DNA of 64,000 nt from Bryobacterales bacterium (GTDB lineage: Bacteria; Acidobacteriota; Terriglobia; Bryobacterales; UBA6623): NCBI GenBank assembly GCA_963422375.2, contig OY729428.2, positions 2,048,001 through 2,112,000 of the forward strand, in the 5' to 3' direction. This document shows positions 48,457 through 60,005 of this stretch, one piece after another (positions within the stretch are counted from its first letter, which is position 1; the number at the start of each line of letters is the position of its first letter). A program made the position numbers and the translations under genes. The notes under the pieces were generated by a model. The model searched no databases. It had not been told where the DNA came from and worked only from the letters and a program-made list of their open reading frames with translations.

Positions 48457-50067
48457 ATGGGGAAGGATATCTTGCTGGTCGCTAACGGTGACCTGAGGCT
48501 CTCAGCCAATCGCATGTGCTGGCCGGCCCAGCGCGAGATGGAGTCGCAGCTGGTCGCGGCGATCGAGGCGACGGGCAGGAAGCCTCGGCGGGCGCACGAG
48601 TACGACGCCGCCAAGCAGCACGGCTTCATCGACAGCCAGAAGCGCGGGCTCGAGGTATTCCGGTCCATCGACCGGAAAGCGCCGCTGGTGGTCGCCGAGG
48701 CCGTCTGGCAGTACTCCCAGCATATTCTCGCCGGGCTGATGAGCCACGAAGGCCCGATCCTGACCGTCGCGAACTGGAGCGGGCGGTGGCCCGGTCTGGT
48801 GGGGATGCTGAATCTCAACGGCAGCCTGACAAAGGCTGGGGTGGAGTACTCCACGCTGTGGAGCGGGGACTTTACCGACGACTTCTTCCTGTCCAACCTG
48901 CGGCGCTGGCTCGACGGCAGGCCGGTGCGGCACCCGCAATCCCACGTGCATCCGGCGGAGGACCTGATCCTCCCGCACAAGGCCATGCTGCTGGGCAACG
49001 GCGCCGCCGAAGAGCTGCTCGAGAAGAAGGCCATCCTAGGAGTCTTCGACGAGGGCTGCATGGGCATGTTCAACGCCATCATCCCGGACCACTTGCTCAA
49101 CGCCACGGGAGTCTTCAAGGAGCGCCTCAGCCAGTCGGCCCTATGGGCAGCCATGCAGCGGGTGAGCGACGCGGAAGCACAGGGAGTGCGCGATTGGCTC
49201 GACGCAAAGGGGATGCAGTTCCGGACCGGCCCCGACGCGGCCACGGACTTGACCGATACGCAGATTCTGCTGCAGTGCCGGATGTACGTCGCCGCCCTGC
49301 GGATCGCCGACGAGTTCGGCTGCGACGCGATCGGCATCCAGTACCAGCAGGGCCTGAAGGACATCTGCCCGGCCTCCGACCTAGTCGAGGGCCTGCTGAA
49401 CAACGTGGACCGGCCCCCTGCTAGGAGCGCGGACGGCCGCGTCCTGTTCGGGGGACGGGCCATGCCGCACTTCAACGAGGTGGACGAGTGCGCCGGTCTG
49501 GACGCTCTCGTCACCAATCGGGTCTGGACGCAACTCGGATTCGATCCCGAGACGACGCTGCACGACCTTCGCTACGGGGAGCCGTACGAGGTAGGGGGCA
49601 GGGAGGAATTCGTCTGGGTGTTCGAAATCTCGGGCTCCGTGCCGCCAAAGCACCTAGCCGGCGGCTACCAAGGCGCGATCAGCGAGCGCCAGCCGCCGAT
49701 GTACTTCCCGCTCGGGGGCGGCACCATCAAAGGGATCAGCAAGCCGGGCGAAGTTGTCTGGAGCCGCATCTTCATCGAGGAGAATCGCCTGAGGGCCGAT
49801 CTGGGCCTAGCCGAGGTCGTCGATCTGCCGCCCCAGGAGACCGAGCGCCGCTGGCGGATCACCACCCCCCAGTGGCCGATCATGCATGCCGTGACCCGCG
49901 GCGTCAGCCGGGACCGGATGATGGGCCGCCACAAGTCCAATCACATCCAAGTGGCGTACGCACCGGACTTGGCCGGGGCGAGGCGGGCACTGAGCGCCAA
50001 GATCGCGGCGTTCCGGCGTCTCGGGATCGAGGTGTTCGTATGCGGCACGGGTCACGATTTGATCTGA
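48457..50067 (+). CDS. L-fucose isomerase-like family protein
   Basis: [35 protein letters not shown] and KSNHIQVAY; family recognised by recall. Confidence 0.75.
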   Translation: MGKDILLVANGDLRLSANRMCWPAQREMESQLVAAIEATGRKPRRAHEYDAAKQHGFIDSQKRGLEVFRSIDRKAPLVVAEAVWQYSQHILAGLMSHEGPILTVANWSGRWPGLVGMLNLNGSLTKAGVEYSTLWSGDFTDDFFLSNLRRWLDGRPVRHPQSHVHPAEDLILPHKAMLLGNGAAEELLEKKAILGVFDEGCMGMFNAIIPDHLLNATGVFKERLSQSALWAAMQRVSDAEAQGVRDWLDAKGMQFRTGPDAATDLTDTQILLQCRMYVAALRIADEFGCDAIGIQYQQGLKDICPASDLVEGLLNNVDRPPARSADGRVLFGGRAMPHFNEVDECAGLDALVTNRVWTQLGFDPETTLHDLRYGEPYEVGGREEFVWVFEISGSVPPKHLAGGYQGAISERQPPMYFPLGGGTIKGISKPGEVVWSRIFIEENRLRADLGLAEVVDLPPQETERRWRITTPQWPIMHAVTRGVSRDRMMGRHKSNHIQVAYAPDLAGARRALSAKIAAFRRLGIEVFVCGTGHDLI

Positions 50068-50166
50068 CGCAGCGACGGCCGGACCCGGCCGTCGCCCGGA
50101 ATCCCGGGGCGGCTACAATGACCGGGCCGGACGACTCGAGGCGGCCTGCCTGACTCCCGCGAGACC

Positions 50167-52185
50167 ATGAGGATCGGCACGAAGGTCCTGCTGGCGGCGC
50201 TTGCCGTCCGCGTGCTTGCCGGTTCGGCGTCCTTGGAGTCGGCCGTCGCCGAGAAGCGGGTCGCTGTGTGGGTCCTGTCGAACGGAGGCACGGTCTCCCT
50301 CCACGGCGCCCACGGATCCCTCCGCTCCGCGGCCGACTTGCCGACGGAGCCGTTCCGGATCCGGGAAGTCGTCCTGACCGGCACCCTGGTGCATCCGCGC
50401 GACCTCGAGCGTCTCGGCGCGCTGTCGAGCCTGAAGAGCCTCGCGCTGCCCGGTACGATGTGGAACCCGGTCTGCTGCGGGAAGCTCGGCAGCGTCGACG
50501 ACAGCCGCCTGCTTGCCAGCCTCGCGGGACTCGAGTCGCTCGAGTCGCTGCATCTCAGCCACCACTTTCTGAGCGTTTTCAAGGGCATTCGGATCTTCGA
50601 CCACGGCATCGAGACGCTCAAGCCGCTGAAGCGCCTGCGGTCGCTCCAGCTCAAGTCGACCCGCGCGACGGGGGCGCATCTGGACGCTTTCGAGCGGCTC
50701 GAGCGGCTGGACCTGACGCAGACCGACGTCAGCGACGAGGGCCTTGCTCGGATCGCGACGCTGTCGCGCCTGAAGACGCTGCGGCTGCGCAGCACCTACG
50801 TGACCGACGCCGGGCTGGCGTCGCTGGCCGCCCTGCGGGACTTGGAGGAGCTCGACTTGGCCGACTTGGAACTGACGGACGCCGGCCTAGCGCACCTGGC
50901 CGGTCTCGAGTGTCTGCGGGTGCTCAGCCTGCGCGGCTCGGCGATCACCGACGGGGGAATCGGCCATCTGGCCTCGATGAGCCGCTTGGCCGACCTAGAC
51001 CTGTACCGGACGCGCGTTACCAACGCCGGCATCGCCCGCCTCACCGCACTTCGGGGCCTCCGGAGGGTCGACCTCCGCTACAGCCGGGTCACGGCCACCG
51101 GCGTAAGGGAGTTGAGCGCAGCCCGCCCGGAGATGGCCGTGGCGTTCGTCGACCCCCAGCCCGCGGCGCCTGCCTCCCGCGTCCCGGAGCCGCCGTCGAC
51201 GGACGCTGCGGCACTTTCGAAGTGGGCACTCCAAGTCGGCGGACAGGCGACGATGCGGGCCGACGGGACTATTGCGTTGACTCTGTCCGGATCGGCGGTC
51301 GGGGACAGGGAGGTGGCTGCGCTGGCGCGTTTCGACGGGATCTCGCAGCTGGACCTCTCGGCCACGGGGGTCAGCGACCGCGGCCTGCGAGCGCTCGCGG
51401 CGCTGCCCGCCCTAAGGATTCTCGGCCTTGCCAACACGCAGGTGACGGACGCCGGCCTGGCGTGGGTCGGGCGGATCGCATCGCTGCAGGACCTCGATCT
51501 CGGCCACACATTGGTCGAGGGCCCCGGGCTCGCTGGCATCGGTCGGCTGGCCGGGCTTCGCAGGCTCTCCCTCGCGGGGATCGCCGCCGGTGACGACGCC
51601 TTGGCCTACGTCGCGGCATTGCGGGGAATCGAAGTGCTGGACCTTGACTACGCGCCGATCGGGGACGGTGCCGCAGCGCATCTAGCCGACCTTTCGGAGC
51701 TGCGAGAGCTCGGCCTTACCGGCACGCGAGTGGGAGACGAGGGGCTCGCAGCCCTCTCGCCCCTAGGCGAGCTGCGCCGACTGTCCATCGCGTTCACGAA
51801 CGTGACGGACGGCGGCTCGGAGCATCTGTCCCGGTTCGAGAAGCTGGCGGATCTGGATCTCGGCAACACTCGCGTGACGGACGATGGCATGGACGCGCTG
51901 CGGTCTCTTGTAGGCCTGCAGAGGCTCAACCTCGACTACACCAAGGTGTCCGGGGCCGGGCTCGCGGCCCTCGCGTCCAGCACGCGGCTGCGTGAACTGA
52001 GCTTGGACAACACCGACGTGGACGACGATGCGCTGGCCGTGTTGCGGCAGTTCCGCGGCCTGTCCAAGCTGAATCTCTATCACACCCTCGTCACCGGCCC
52101 GGCGGTCGAGGCCCTGCGGTCGGACCTGCCCGAATGCGTGATCGCTTGGGACCGGGATTCCGCGCAGCCCACCCGGCGCAGGTAG
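50167..52185 (+). CDS. Secreted leucine-rich-repeat protein (two LRR solenoids)
   Basis: About 20 repeats of ~24 aa (LxxLxLxxTxVTDxGLxxL); signal peptide; Pro-rich linker between the halves. Confidence 0.9.
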   Translation: MRIGTKVLLAALAVRVLAGSASLESAVAEKRVAVWVLSNGGTVSLHGAHGSLRSAADLPTEPFRIREVVLTGTLVHPRDLERLGALSSLKSLALPGTMWNPVCCGKLGSVDDSRLLASLAGLESLESLHLSHHFLSVFKGIRIFDHGIETLKPLKRLRSLQLKSTRATGAHLDAFERLERLDLTQTDVSDEGLARIATLSRLKTLRLRSTYVTDAGLASLAALRDLEELDLADLELTDAGLAHLAGLECLRVLSLRGSAITDGGIGHLASMSRLADLDLYRTRVTNAGIARLTALRGLRRVDLRYSRVTATGVRELSAARPEMAVAFVDPQPAAPASRVPEPPSTDAAALSKWALQVGGQATMRADGTIALTLSGSAVGDREVAALARFDGISQLDLSATGVSDRGLRALAALPALRILGLANTQVTDAGLAWVGRIASLQDLDLGHTLVEGPGLAGIGRLAGLRRLSLAGIAAGDDALAYVAALRGIEVLDLDYAPIGDGAAAHLADLSELRELGLTGTRVGDEGLAALSPLGELRRLSIAFTNVTDGGSEHLSRFEKLADLDLGNTRVTDDGMDALRSLVGLQRLNLDYTKVSGAGLAALASSTRLRELSLDNTDVDDDALAVLRQFRGLSKLNLYHTLVTGPAVEALRSDLPECVIAWDRDSAQPTRRR

Positions 52186-52186
52186 A

Positions 52187-53307
52187 ATGCCGTTTCGCGC
52201 TACCGCCCGGCCGCTGGCCGTCGCGGCCTGCGCCGCGGCCGCTCTCGGCGGCGCGGTCGCCGGGCCGACCGACGTAGAGCAGTGGGTTCTGGAGGCAGGC
52301 GGGGCGGTCGAGACGGCGTCGGACGGCCAGGTGGTCGCCGTGGACCTGAGCCGGTGCTGGGTCAGCGACATCGACCTCGCGCGCCTCGAGGGCCTGGCAG
52401 GGCTCGAACGGCTCTCCCTGGCGCAGACCCACATCTCGGACACCGCACTGGACGCGGTGGCGGCCCTGCCGTCCCTGCGGCAACTCGACCTGTTCTTTTG
52501 CGAGCACGTCACCGACGCCGGCGCGTCGGCGCTGCGGAGGGCCGCCAAGTTGGAGCGACTCAACGTCCGCGGCACGAAGATCAGCGATTCGGGCGTTAAG
52601 TTCCTCGCCGAGCTGCGCGCTTGCGCGCCTTGGACATCGGGATCGCGGAAATCAGCGACCCCTCGATCGAACTGCTGGAAGCCGTGCCCGGCCTCGAATC
52701 ATTGGCGATCGGCGGCAACCGCGTCGGGGAGGCCGGGATCGCCGGCCTGCGGTCCCTCAAGCGGCTGAAGCATTTGGACCTGAGCGGGGCGCAGGAAACC
52801 GACAGCGGAATCTGGGCCGTCACCGTCACGGATCTCAGCATGGACGAAATCGGCGCGCTGACCGGGCTCGAAAGCCTAAACCTAGCCGCGCCCAGCCCGG
52901 AGTACGTCGACGCCGTGAGCACAGGCGTGCCGCGCCTGCGGGGCGCGATCCGGGTCACCGACTTCGGCGTAGCGCGCCTCGCGGGTCTCCTGCGCCTGCG
53001 TCGGCTCAATCTTTCGCGCGCGCTCGTGACGGATGCTGGAATCGAGAGTCTCAGCCGCCTCTTCAGGCTCGAGGAGCTCAACCTCTCGCACGCGAAGTCG
53101 ATCGACGATCGAGCAGGCCCGGCGCTCGCGATGCTGCCGGGCCTGCGCACGCTTGACGTCTCCTTCACCGAGTTCGGGGATGCCGGGCTAGCCGCTCTGC
53201 GAGACCATCCGGCACTCATACGAGTTGTCGCGGCGGAAGCCCCGCTCAGCCAAGAGGCGGTCGCGACATTCGTGGCCGCCCGTCCGGGCCGCGACGTCGT
53301 GCGCTAG
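52187..53307 (+). pseudogene. Second secreted LRR protein with a single frameshift near 52620
   Basis: LRR periodicity continues from ORF 52187-52768 (...FLAELR) into ORF 52621-53307 (LRALDIG...); one base appears to be missing. Confidence 0.8.
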
Positions 53308-53439
53308 AACGGGCCCGGCCGAGGCTGCCGGCAGGAATGTCGACTGCCCGCACGGGAGCGACCGCAGGGTCCGGGAGACGCACCCGATACGCGACGTTGA
53401 GATTTCGGCTGGCGCTGGCCTTGCCCCCGCTCCCAGGAG

Positions 53440-54750
53440 CTAGCCGGTCACGGCGGAAACAGTCCCGTAGGAGGTGGGGAAATGCTGGACCGGCGCCCCA
53501 ACCTCCCTCGCCACTGTCCGGTACAGGTCTCCGAAGGTTCCCGTCACCCGAGCGTGGCCGCCGGGCCTCAGAGCCCCCGCCCGGCCCGCGAGAATCACGG
53601 CCCCGCCGCTATTCTTGTGGACATTGGCTTCGGCATGCTCGTGAACGAACAGCAGGGCGCAGCTGTCCAGCAGGGAGCCGTCGCCCTCGGGCGTGCTCTT
53701 GAGCTTGGCGACCAAGTACGCGAACTCCTCCACGTGCCAGCGGCAGATGTCGCGCATGACCTCCTGCTGCTTCTGGCGATGCGCTCCGCCTAAGTGGGAG
53801 TACTCGTGGTGCCGTGCGAAGGAGAGCCCGAGCCAAGGGAACCGGGTGAGCCCCTGGCACTTGGTCAGCATGTACGACGCGACCCTGGTCTGGCCAGAGG
53901 CCAGCGCATGCACCAGCAGGTCGCTCTGAACCTTAGCGACGCGAGGATAGTCCCGCGGGTCGCCGCCCGCCACCGGCGGCTCGACGTTCCGCGCGTACTC
54001 GGCGGGAAAGCCCGCAATAGCCCGTTCTGTGTCGAATACAGAGGTCAGGTACTCGTCGATGCGCCGGGAATCCTCGCGGCCGAGGGTACTCCGCAATCGC
54101 CTAGCCTGGCCTCGCACCGCGTCTAGGACGCTGCGCTTGCGGCTCGCCCAGCCTTCGTCCAACCTGCCAAATAGCCGGTCGAACAGCTTCTGCGGGATGA
54201 CCTCGGGCGGCAGTGCGCGGTTCTTGGCACTCCAGCTCATGTTGCGCTGCATGCTGGTGCCGAACGACTCCTGGCAGACACCGATCTGCAGCGACTGGAA
54301 TCTCGAGTTGCCGCCGATCTCGCCGGCGACCACCTGGTCGATGGACGGGCCGCCGGCCCCCGTGCCGCTGTACTTTTCGCCGGACACCAAGGCGCTCATC
54401 GAGCGCTGGTGGCCGTTGCCGGCACCGCTCGTCTGGCCGTTGGGATTGTCGAGGCCGGAAATGATCTGGATGTCGCCCTTGAGCCGGGCCAGCGGCGACA
54501 GGCACGGAGTCAGCGCATATTCGCAGCCCTCGTCCCGCGGAATCCAGTAGCGTTCCGGTATGCCGTTGCCGTTGAACCAGAACACGAACCGCGTCTCCGG
54601 CGCGCTCGGCGCTGTTTCCGAACGGGCCGCGTAGGCCGTTCCGGCCGCATTGAACATGCAGGCCAGGGGCGGCAGTCCAATGCGGACGGCGGACCCGGCC
54701 AGTCCCATGCCGCCGAGGAAGGCGCGACGGTGCATCGGCTTCGAGTGCAT
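53440..54750 (-). CDS. DUF1552 (HXXSHH) family protein with Tat signal
   Basis: RRAFL twin-Arg motif; [27 protein letters not shown] and [10 protein letters not shown]. Confidence 0.88.
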   Translation of the reverse strand: MHSKPMHRRAFLGGMGLAGSAVRIGLPPLACMFNAAGTAYAARSETAPSAPETRFVFWFNGNGIPERYWIPRDEGCEYALTPCLSPLARLKGDIQIISGLDNPNGQTSGAGNGHQRSMSALVSGEKYSGTGAGGPSIDQVVAGEIGGNSRFQSLQIGVCQESFGTSMQRNMSWSAKNRALPPEVIPQKLFDRLFGRLDEGWASRKRSVLDAVRGQARRLRSTLGREDSRRIDEYLTSVFDTERAIAGFPAEYARNVEPPVAGGDPRDYPRVAKVQSDLLVHALASGQTRVASYMLTKCQGLTRFPWLGLSFARHHEYSHLGGAHRQKQQEVMRDICRWHVEEFAYLVAKLKSTPEGDGSLLDSCALLFVHEHAEANVHKNSGGAVILAGRAGALRPGGHARVTGTFGDLYRTVAREVGAPVQHFPTSYGTVSAVTG

Positions 54751-54752
54751 CG

Positions 54753-56882
54753 CTAGTCGCTCCATTCCGTGCCGAGGAACTCTTCCGTCACGACCAACCC
54801 TAGGATCAGTTCACGGAAGCGGAACCCCGCGCTCTCGAATCGATTATAGGCGGCGTCGATCAGCCGGAGGTCGTCGGAGGCCTCGTGCCGCCCGAACAGA
54901 TAGCGGAAGACTTGCTTGACGATGCATTTTTGGCAGATTCGCGAGTTGGCGAGGATTCGTCCGGCCTCCCGCGGTGTCGCGAACGCCGAGTCCTCGACGC
55001 CGGCGATGAAGCCCGCGGGGTCGATGGCGAGCTCGTGAGTCTCCGCCTTCATGCCCAGCCTCTCCTGCTGCGGCGTGGGCTCCACTCGCACCAGCTCGGT
55101 TTCGCGATAGGCCCCGATCGTGTCGAAGTGTTCGAAGCCGAAGCCGATGGGATCGACCAGTTTGTGGCAGGAAGCGCAGGCCTTGTCCGCGGCGTGCAGC
55201 TTCGTCATGGTCTCGCGCACGGTCCTGGGCTTCGCACCGAGCGAAATCGGAGGCAGGGACGCGTCGACGCCCGGAGGGGGCGGTGGAATCGCCTGGCACA
55301 GGAAGTGGTCGCGCACGAACAGGCCGCGTTCGGTGGGGGACGTCCCAGTCGGCTTGCCTGTCTGGGCTAGGAACGTTCCGTGGGAGAGGACGCCGGCCCG
55401 AGAAGAGCCCGCGGGATAGGGCGTCCTCGCGAACGCCTGCCGCGGGTCGGGCATGCGGTAGATGGCGGTCAGGAAGTCGTCGACGAACGTGAAGTCGGCC
55501 AGGAAGAACTCGCGGAAGTCGATGTCGTTCCAGGCAACGTGGCGAAAGAGGAGCCGAGATTCCTCCGTCATGCTCTCCGCGACCTCGCGGCTGAAGTCTC
55601 GGTACCGGTTCCGGTCCTTGACCGAGTCGCGCACGCGGTCGAACCGCAGCCACTGGGCGACGAATTCGTCGAACGCGTCGCGGGCCGGAGAGGCAGCGAG
55701 CATCCGGCGGGCTTGGCGCTCGATCTCGGCGGGACGGTCCAGCCTGCCGGCGGCGGCGGACATGAACAGTTCGTTGTCCGGCGGCGCGTTCCACAAGGCA
55801 TACGACAGCCGGGAGGCGACGTCGAACGGCTTGAGCGCGCTCGAGGGCGAGTGAGGCACGAGAAACAGGAAATCGGGAGACTGCAGGAGCACTTCGACGA
55901 CGGCCGAGGCGCCGGCGAGAAAGTCGACGTACCTAGAGGACCATTCGAGGAACAGATCGGCGAGAGCGGCGGTCTCGGACGGATCGAGAGGGCGGCGGTA
56001 GGCCTTGGCGCCGAAGTCTCCTACGAAGGCCTCGGCGCAGTCCCGGTCGACCGCTCCCGACGGCAGGCAGGGAATCAGCCCGCCCTCGTCGCCGTAGCGG
56101 AAAGCGTTGCGCTCGAGTCTCTCGGCCGCGCGGCCGTAGGCCTCGGCCAGCGCGGGAGTGACCGCTTGCGCGGATGCCTGATTCGTGTAGCCGTTGACGA
56201 AGTCTTCGGGCGGGAAGTTCCGGGACGGCCGAGTCCGGTCGCCCAGCAGGTCGCGAATCGAGTTGTCGTATTGGACGTGCGTGAGCCGCCGAAGCGGCTC
56301 GGGCGCGCGCTGCCGGCCCGCGACGGCAGCCGTCTCCACAGGGGCGGGCAGGCTGGCCAGGCGCTCGATCCACTGGACCAGCAGGTCCTCGTCGGTGCTG
56401 CCGAGGGCGACCAGAGGCCCTCCGGTATGCGGGATCCTATTCGTAGGCTTGGCGAGAAGGATGGAGGTGCCCGGGGCCCTCCGGTCAATCAGCCGCGCCA
56501 AGCCGAGGCCGAAACGCTGGATCACCTCGCGCGACGAACCTGACTCCGGGAAGTGCAGACGTGTATGCGATGCCACGCCGGATGCGTTGTGACAGGCCCG
56601 GCAGTTGTGCGCCTCGAGACGCGGGTAAAGGCCTTCGACGAAATCCGGATGCGCGGCGGCGGCCGGTCCGGGAAGAAGGCAGAGGGCGGCCAGGCAAGTC
56701 AACGGCGCCAGGTGCCGTACGGCTGACCTTGCGGAGGGTCTCGGTCGATCGATCTCCGTGGTGCCAGCCTGCGTTCGAGCCCCCACAGTTGAAGGGTACC
56801 AGTGCGAGCCCTCGTTCAAGCGCGGATGGCGAGTCCCGTGCGAACGGCCTTTTCCAGAGTGCTGCACCGGAGCGGCTGTCAC
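54753..56882 (-). CDS. DUF1592/DUF1588/DUF1587/DUF1595/DUF1585 multidomain protein with two heme-c motifs
   Basis: CRACH and [44 protein letters not shown] and [14 protein letters not shown]. The true start is probably later than 56882. Confidence 0.88.
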   Translation of the reverse strand: MTAAPVQHSGKGRSHGTRHPRLNEGSHWYPSTVGARTQAGTTEIDRPRPSARSAVRHLAPLTCLAALCLLPGPAAAAHPDFVEGLYPRLEAHNCRACHNASGVASHTRLHFPESGSSREVIQRFGLGLARLIDRRAPGTSILLAKPTNRIPHTGGPLVALGSTDEDLLVQWIERLASLPAPVETAAVAGRQRAPEPLRRLTHVQYDNSIRDLLGDRTRPSRNFPPEDFVNGYTNQASAQAVTPALAEAYGRAAERLERNAFRYGDEGGLIPCLPSGAVDRDCAEAFVGDFGAKAYRRPLDPSETAALADLFLEWSSRYVDFLAGASAVVEVLLQSPDFLFLVPHSPSSALKPFDVASRLSYALWNAPPDNELFMSAAAGRLDRPAEIERQARRMLAASPARDAFDEFVAQWLRFDRVRDSVKDRNRYRDFSREVAESMTEESRLLFRHVAWNDIDFREFFLADFTFVDDFLTAIYRMPDPRQAFARTPYPAGSSRAGVLSHGTFLAQTGKPTGTSPTERGLFVRDHFLCQAIPPPPPGVDASLPPISLGAKPRTVRETMTKLHAADKACASCHKLVDPIGFGFEHFDTIGAYRETELVRVEPTPQQERLGMKAETHELAIDPAGFIAGVEDSAFATPREAGRILANSRICQKCIVKQVFRYLFGRHEASDDLRLIDAAYNRFESAGFRFRELILGLVVTEEFLGTEWSD

Positions 56883-57447
56883 CAGGCAAATGCCGAGTGC
56901 GCCTGGTATCCCTGCGAAACGAACCGTGCTTCGTCCGGCCGCCCTGGCTTGCAGGAGACTGCCAGCGGCTTCGGCGCCCGCATCCGTGGCTAAGGAAGTG
57001 GGGCTTCGGCTATTCCGTCGCTGTGATTTTCTACACTGCGGAAGCGACGCCTTCTCGTTCGCCGCTCAGCCGATCATCCGAAACTGACTAGCTGTCTCCG
57101 GACCGTCATCGGAATCGCGTGCGTCACTGGAGCCACACCGCGACCGTAGCCGGAGGCCTGCGGGTCGCACCTGCGAACTGTCCGAGCGAGGGTTGAATAC
57201 TTCATCTATTCCCCTGGCACCCAAGAACACTGGTACCGTCGAGTGACGCATCCGGTGAATGCGCACAGTTGACTTCGATCTGAGTTGATTCCATTCCTGG
57301 CACTTTCACAGACGAGGGTCATCGTCTCTCGCAGCGACCGCTTTGTGGCAATGGCGGCCTTCGCGACGATTCGCTGCCGCGCGGCAGCGGTCTCGGACGA
57401 TGCTGGTGTCTGACTCTAGCCTTAAAGGGGGGATCCAATCCGCCGCC

Positions 57448-59985
57448 GTGACCGAGGCTGCCCGACTCTTCTACCGATTGATCGGCCGACCGATGGCGCG
57501 GGAGCCTCTCCGGACGGGCCTGACGATCCTGTGCGTCGCTATCGGGGTCGCCGTAGTCGTCGCTATCGACTTGGCCGGCGAGGCCTCGGCCGGCTCCTTC
57601 AGGTCGTCGATGGAATCGATGCAGGGCAGCGCCAGCTACGAGATCAGCCAAGTAGGCGGCATCCCTGACAGCGCCTTCGGGAGGCTGTCAAGACTGCGAG
57701 AGCCGCTCCGCTTCGCGGCACGCGTCGAGGGGTACGCCACTTGGGTGGTGACCGGCGAGAGGGTTCCGATCTTCGGAGTCGACCTGATCGGCGACGAAGG
57801 ACTGCGGGGACGCATCGAACCGGGCGTGCCGAACCTAGAAGCCTTGCTCGACTCCCGGCCCGTGTGGGTCAGCGCGGTCTTGGGTGCCAGCGAGGGCGAC
57901 CGGATCGACTTGGCGGTCAACGGAACCCATGAAGAATTCATCGTGGGAGGCGTCCTGCGGGATCCGGCCGGGCGGTCGGGCCCGCTGGGCGCAGTGGTGC
58001 TCATGGACATCGCCCTAGCGCAGCAGGTGCTCGGGCGGGCCGGATTCCTCGACCGCATCTATGTCGAGACGCTCGGAGCCGGGCAAGAAAGGGACTGGGA
58101 GCCGACGATTCGCGAGGCCCTGCCCGCAGCGGCTGAGCTGGAGGCGGTCGGGGTTCGGTCCCGCCAGAATCGCAAGCTGCTCAACTCGTTCCGGTGGAAC
58201 CTCCAGATCCTCAGCTACATCGCCCTCATCGTGGGAGCGTTCTTGGTCTACAACACCGTCTCGGCGTCCGTAGTTCGCAGGCGCCACTGGATCGGCGTCG
58301 CGCGAGCTCTGGGCATGACTCGCGGTGCGATTCGGTTGGGATTCCTAGCGGAAGGGCTCTTCTTCGGCTTGACCGGCTCGGTGCTAGGACTGGCGCTGGG
58401 GCGGGCGATGGCCGCAGGGGCCGTGGAACTCATGGGGCGGACCGTGCAGTCCCTCTACGTCAGCAGCGCGCCCTCTTCTATAGAGGTCGGGCTCTCGACG
58501 GCCGCCGTCGCCGGGCTGGCCGGCATCGGCGTCTCGATCTTCTCGGCTTGGTGGCCGGCATCGGAGGCGGCGGCCGTCGCACCGGCCGTCGCCCTCGGGA
58601 AGGCCCATCTCGACTACCGGAGGCGCGTGGAGCAAGGCTCCTGGTCGACCCGCGGGCTGGCCTGCGCAGGCGTCTCCTCGGCTCTGTGTCTCGTGCCGGC
58701 ATGGGATCGCGTGCCCTTCGCGGCCTATGCCGCTTGCTTGGGCCTCGTCGCCGCTGCGACGATGCTGGTTCCGCGTGCCTGCGAAAGCGCGATCCGAGCC
58801 GCCTCTCGCCCGCTGCTGCGGCTCTTCGGCGCCGCTGCGCTACTCGGCGCCCGTACGCTGTCCGGATCACTGGCACGGACATCCGTGATCGTAGCCTCGC
58901 TTTCCACTGCGACCGCCATGATGGTCAGTGTCGCCATCATGGTCGGCAGCATGCGGGACACGCTCCTGATTTGGATGGACAGCCAGCTGCAGGCTGACCT
59001 GTACGTCCAGCCAGAAGGGCGGCCGGGAGAGGAATCCGCGCCGACGATGAGCAATGCAGTCGCGGCGATTATCGAAGCGCTGCCCCAAGTTGAAGCGGTG
59101 GACCGGTTCCGTCGCTACGCGATCAGCTACGGCGGGCTCCCTGCGACGCTGGCACTGGCTGATCTCGAGGTCGCGCGCGCCCAATCCGGAATCCGGTTCC
59201 TCGGTGGGCGGGACTTGGGCGACTTGGCGGATCGCTTGCTCTCGACGGACAGCGTGATCGTCAGCGAGCCGTTCAGCTCCAAGCACGGCGTGCAGGAGGG
59301 GGACACCGTCACCCTTCCCGTGGGCGACGGGGAGGTCGACTTCGACGTCGCCGGGGTCTACTACGACTACTCGTCGGAGCGCGGACTCGTCGTCGGCCAC
59401 CGGGACGTCCTGATGCGCTACCTGCCGGACGACCGGCCGTCGAGCTTGGCGGTGTACCTCGAGCGCCGGGCGGACCCGGAGGAGGCGCGCGCGCTCGTGG
59501 TCCGGGCGATCGGCAGCAGCGAGCTGCAGGTGTCGAGAACCCGCGAGCTGCGCGAGGGCGCGACCGAGGTGTTCGACAGGACGTTCGCCATCACCTACGC
59601 CTTGGAGGCGGTCGCGGTCTTCGTCGCCATTCTCGGCATGGCCGGGGCCTTGCTGACGCTCGTGATCGACCGCAGGTCAGAACTGGGGGTGCTACGCGTC
59701 CTAGGCGCATCCAAGGGCCAGGTGCGCGGTCTGGTGCTGGCTCAGGCAGGGCTGCTCGGGATCGTATCCACCGCGATCGGCCTCGCCCTCGGCTGCGCGC
59801 TGTCGGTGGTGCTCGTCAAGGTCATCAACAAGCAATCGTTCGGATGGACCATCCAGTTCCACTGGCCGGTCGCCCTGCTGCTCGCGGCGCTGGGCGCTGT
59901 CTTGGCGGCCAGCATGGCTGCCGGATGCTATCCGGCGCTCGTGGCATCGGCGCGGGATCCGCGGGAAATCATCCGCGAGGAGTAG
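57448..59985 (+). CDS. FtsX/MacB-like ABC permease (AttF/G-like, duplicated)
   Basis: Two MacB-periplasmic + FtsX modules; INKQSFGW C-terminal motif. Start uncertain. Confidence 0.88.
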   Translation: MTEAARLFYRLIGRPMAREPLRTGLTILCVAIGVAVVVAIDLAGEASAGSFRSSMESMQGSASYEISQVGGIPDSAFGRLSRLREPLRFAARVEGYATWVVTGERVPIFGVDLIGDEGLRGRIEPGVPNLEALLDSRPVWVSAVLGASEGDRIDLAVNGTHEEFIVGGVLRDPAGRSGPLGAVVLMDIALAQQVLGRAGFLDRIYVETLGAGQERDWEPTIREALPAAAELEAVGVRSRQNRKLLNSFRWNLQILSYIALIVGAFLVYNTVSASVVRRRHWIGVARALGMTRGAIRLGFLAEGLFFGLTGSVLGLALGRAMAAGAVELMGRTVQSLYVSSAPSSIEVGLSTAAVAGLAGIGVSIFSAWWPASEAAAVAPAVALGKAHLDYRRRVEQGSWSTRGLACAGVSSALCLVPAWDRVPFAAYAACLGLVAAATMLVPRACESAIRAASRPLLRLFGAAALLGARTLSGSLARTSVIVASLSTATAMMVSVAIMVGSMRDTLLIWMDSQLQADLYVQPEGRPGEESAPTMSNAVAAIIEALPQVEAVDRFRRYAISYGGLPATLALADLEVARAQSGIRFLGGRDLGDLADRLLSTDSVIVSEPFSSKHGVQEGDTVTLPVGDGEVDFDVAGVYYDYSSERGLVVGHRDVLMRYLPDDRPSSLAVYLERRADPEEARALVVRAIGSSELQVSRTRELREGATEVFDRTFAITYALEAVAVFVAILGMAGALLTLVIDRRSELGVLRVLGASKGQVRGLVLAQAGLLGIVSTAIGLALGCALSVVLVKVINKQSFGWTIQFHWPVALLLAALGAVLAASMAAGCYPALVASARDPREIIREE

Positions 59986-60005
59986 CTCTCCGCGTGTCTG
60001 CGAGC

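Noticed and set aside
56940..56970. Cobalamin riboswitch-like GCAGGAGACTGCC
   Set aside because: No upstream conserved core and no B12-related gene downstream.
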